Of a DNA stretch of 64,000 nt, positions 61,091 through 64,000 are shown one piece after another; position 1 is the first letter of the stretch, and every line of letters starts with the position of its first letter. The notes below the pieces were generated by a model that was not told the origin of the DNA, did not search any database, and saw nothing but the letters and a program-made list of their open reading frames with translations. The stretch is from the NCBI GenBank assembly GCA_032718475.1, contig JAUCBJ010000807.1:1-64000 (forward strand), written 5' to 3'. A program made the position numbers and the translations under genes. The stretch comes from Nemertoderma westbladi. Taxonomy: Eukaryota; Animalia; Xenacoelomorpha.

Positions 61091-64000
61091 TGTAAAAGCT
61101 TTTACTGAATTGTCCGGTTATTTTTCCTTATTTTTCCCGTAAAGTACTCTGTAGTTGGTTTACCAGGCATAAAAAGGCCGTGTCCTTGCTGTACTGGTGT
61201 TTTAGCGGACATAAGAGCTATTTCTTCTGTATTTGTACTTTAGAGGACATAATCCGTAATTCCGTGACGTAAAAGCACGATACTCTTGAAAACAGTGTCG
61301 CTACCATGACGACGGCTAGCAGCTGATATTGCCACGTCGACGTTTCTTTGTTTCTCTGTTCTCTCGTTGTTCAGGTTGACCAATCAGAGCGTTTGTTATC
61401 TCTGTGTTGGAGGTATATACAGAAACTCAGTAGTTCAGTGTTATTGTTTTTGTCCAGAGCCTAAGAACCGGCTTTGGCACCTCCGTGTTTTAGTTTTTAG
61501 TCTTACACTAGTAGGTTTAATTATAAAGGGCATATATCCTTTAACGCACCTACCTGACTCATGGAATCACTGCATACTGATGACTGATGTCTGCATACTG
61601 CAGTACTGCATACACTGCATACTGTGTAACATTGTGCATACCTTTATATTGTTATACTGCTATTTACCGTCAGTTCTTCATAATATGGTTGATGAATAAT
61701 TATATTTGGAATAACGATAAACAACCCCGAAACCCAATGTTCTTGATATACCGAAGGTAAGAGAGAAGGGTTACAGATAAACGATTGTGACTTATGTTAA
61801 AGTGGTTTGAAGTGAATCTAATGTTATTTGATAGACCCTACATGAGCCAGTCTGTGTTCCTTATATATGTGACTAAAATCAGTGAAGATCGGCAGATTAG
61901 TGTGCAGTATTGTGCAGCATTGTGTATGAGTGAGTCTGTTAAAGAAGCATTCCTAAAGAATGCGCCATATATGTGAATTATAATTAAGCCATATCGTTGT
62001 GAGTGGTTTAAGTCATAACTCTGTTTATATAGATAAAGCGCCACGTCCTAAAGGAACTGTTAATATTCCCGAAGGTGAATAATATTGTCAGAGATTATAT
62101 AATACTGTCAGTCGAATAATACATTAGGCTTACATAGCAATAAAATTAAACCGTCGAACCCAATCTCCCGGGAATTTCCAGCGGGTGAATGGTCGCGCAC
62201 GGATTGGTTTCGACTAGTGTAGTGAATCAAATACTTGTCATAGACTAAAAACTGATTTAATATCTAGAAGACATCTTAATTTGGTGGGTTAAACTGCCAA
62301 AGGTCTGAAAGCGCGAACATTAAAGGATATAGCTTCTTTATTGCAGTAAGCAATAAAGTCGAAAGTACCGGTCGACCGGTAACCAGTAGGCCTGACTGCC
62401 TGATCATCCGGACCGGTACCTACAGCAGTATTATTCGATTTGATTGTATATACCGGTAGGTCTTAATAATTAATCGGGGACGCCTGGTTTTTATTGAGAT
62501 TTTACTTGGCCTATTTCTGTCAAGTTTTATTTATTTGTAGGCCAGTATTGAACAGAAGGCGTGTAAGCCTGATCAGATTGTACAGACAATTTGTAGGCTG
62601 AGCTGTTGTCTGATTGCTGTTAAGTCCGAACGAATTGCAGTGTGTGTAGAGCACTTGTCCGATTAAGTACGGTTAGGAAGTAGGGGCAGCAACGCTGTAA
62701 GGTAATCCCCCAGACTAAAGAATAAGTCGCACTACTGGGTTAGAGCGCATACTCCCTAATCATTTCGGAGTCTGCATGTCCTGTAGTTTATTTAGGCTTG
62801 AGAGTAGTCTGCCATCGTTTAGTCTGTACTTTGTTTGTGTAAGTCTGTACGGGTAGCGTATAATTTTATTTAGATAATTTGTAGGCTGGATAGTTGTCTG
62901 GCTGTTATTAGGTCTGAACGGATTGCCGCGTGTGTAGATCATCTGTCCGATTAAGTACGATTAGGCAGTAGGGGCAGTGAACACTGTAAGGTAAACCCCC
63001 AACTAAAGAATAAGTCGCACTACTGGGTTAGAGCGCATACTCCCTAATCATTTCGGAGTCTGCATATACCGTAGTTTGTTTAGGCTTGATAGTAGTCTGT
63101 CAGTGTTCGGTCTGTATTTTGTTTGAGTAGTTTGTACGCGTAGCGTAATATTTATTATTCAGAGTTTATGCGATTATTCGCAACATTCAAGTCCCCAAGT
63201 TTGTTCCTACAGTAATTGTGTTTGTTATACATACCGCTATAGTTAAATTAACCTCGGTACTACACGGGCTGCTCGGCGTAGGTAAAGACTGGTGATTTTG
63301 TGCATCGGTCACTCCAGCAGATGCCGTGGTTCTTTTAGCTGTTCAAGTATATTTAATTACTGATTAACTGTTGTGCAAGTACTCGTACCTAATTTAGGGT
63401 TTAGTGTACAGTGCTTTCCGAGAAGTAATTATTGTAGACATTATATTTGTGTTGTAAAGTGGTTGATAGGCACATTCGATTAGCTCTATTAACTTCTAGG
63501 TAGGAACACTCCGTGATACATAACGTAGAACCTATAGCGATACGGCTATAGGTCGTCAGGCGGTGGCATTTTCCTATCTAGACAACGCAGTGTATTTACT
63601 ACTACTTATTATTTCAAATACCGTAGTACCCTGTCCGCTGTAATAACCGGTTTTCTAACCCTTTGTTAGGCTGGTTTGTAGAATTCTTGTAAAATTACCC
63701 TAAAAATTCGTATTTTGCGTTTTTGTAAAATTTTGTGTTTATTTAGAGATTGTAATCTCACCCGAATTGTACGTAATTTGTAGTATTAAGTAACTTAGGT
63801 AAATTAGAATTATTTGTTTTAGTGTCTCATAAGTAACACTTCACTGAAAGCGCACCGCTTTGTGTAGTGATTACTCCCCAGAAATAATAACATTTATTTC
63901 AAACATTGACAAAACCCATTAAAACGGGTATATATATATTATAAATCAAATCTAACGATTTATAAATCGTAGGCCTACAATACAAACATTAGGTCTCAAT
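61091..64000 (+). mobile_element. 5' LTR (61091-62319) and leader of a third BEL/Pao element (element C), a diverged relative of element A, running off the window
   Basis: Starts TGTAAAAGCTTTT and the LTR ends GCGCGAACA; reverse-complement similarity to 33553-34743 and, for about 63440-63980, to about 48330-48875. Confidence 0.85.
62585..63160 (+). repeat. ~289-bp tandem duplication in the leader of element C
   Basis: CTAAAGAATAAGTCGCACTACTGGGTTAGAGCGCATACTCCCTAATCATTTCGGAGTCTGCAT at about 62714 and 63003. Confidence 0.9.

Overview
Repeat-dense eukaryotic DNA, most likely from an invertebrate animal; there is no prokaryotic operon structure, no rRNA and no CRISPR array. From left to right it holds: (1) the 3' part of a probable LTR element carrying a frameshifted DEDD-type 3'-5' exonuclease + 3x CCHC zinc-knuckle ORF (33-2492); (2) a candidate two-exon small secreted-peptide gene (5180-4945, minus); (3) a ~16-kb foldback structure (5255-21142) with ~3-kb inverted arms, an RTE LINE inserted in one arm only, and a near full-length CR1/L2-type LINE in the spacer whose ORF1 and ORF2 are in frame across a single TGA-CTA stop and a 39-bp Pro-rich tandem array; (4) two minimal type I hammerhead ribozyme motifs of the Penelope-like-element kind (23774-23820 plus, 17692-17733 minus); (5) decayed LINE and BEL/Pao fragments and a 3.4-kb satellite that flips orientation; (6) an intronless secreted LDLa-repeat gene (32476-33246); (7) a 16-kb BEL/Pao element with 1.2-kb LTRs (33553-49617), a tRNA-derived SINE inside gag and a decayed accessory ORF; (8) a second BEL/Pao element (~50946-60578) with a homologous exonuclease ORF 3' of integrase; (9) the 5' LTR and leader of a third, related element (61091-64000). 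The most notable candidate system is BEL/Pao retrotransposons carrying an accessory WRN/RNase D-like exonuclease gene, seen as two diverged homologues. All calls come from motif reading and by-eye alignment; no database searches were run.
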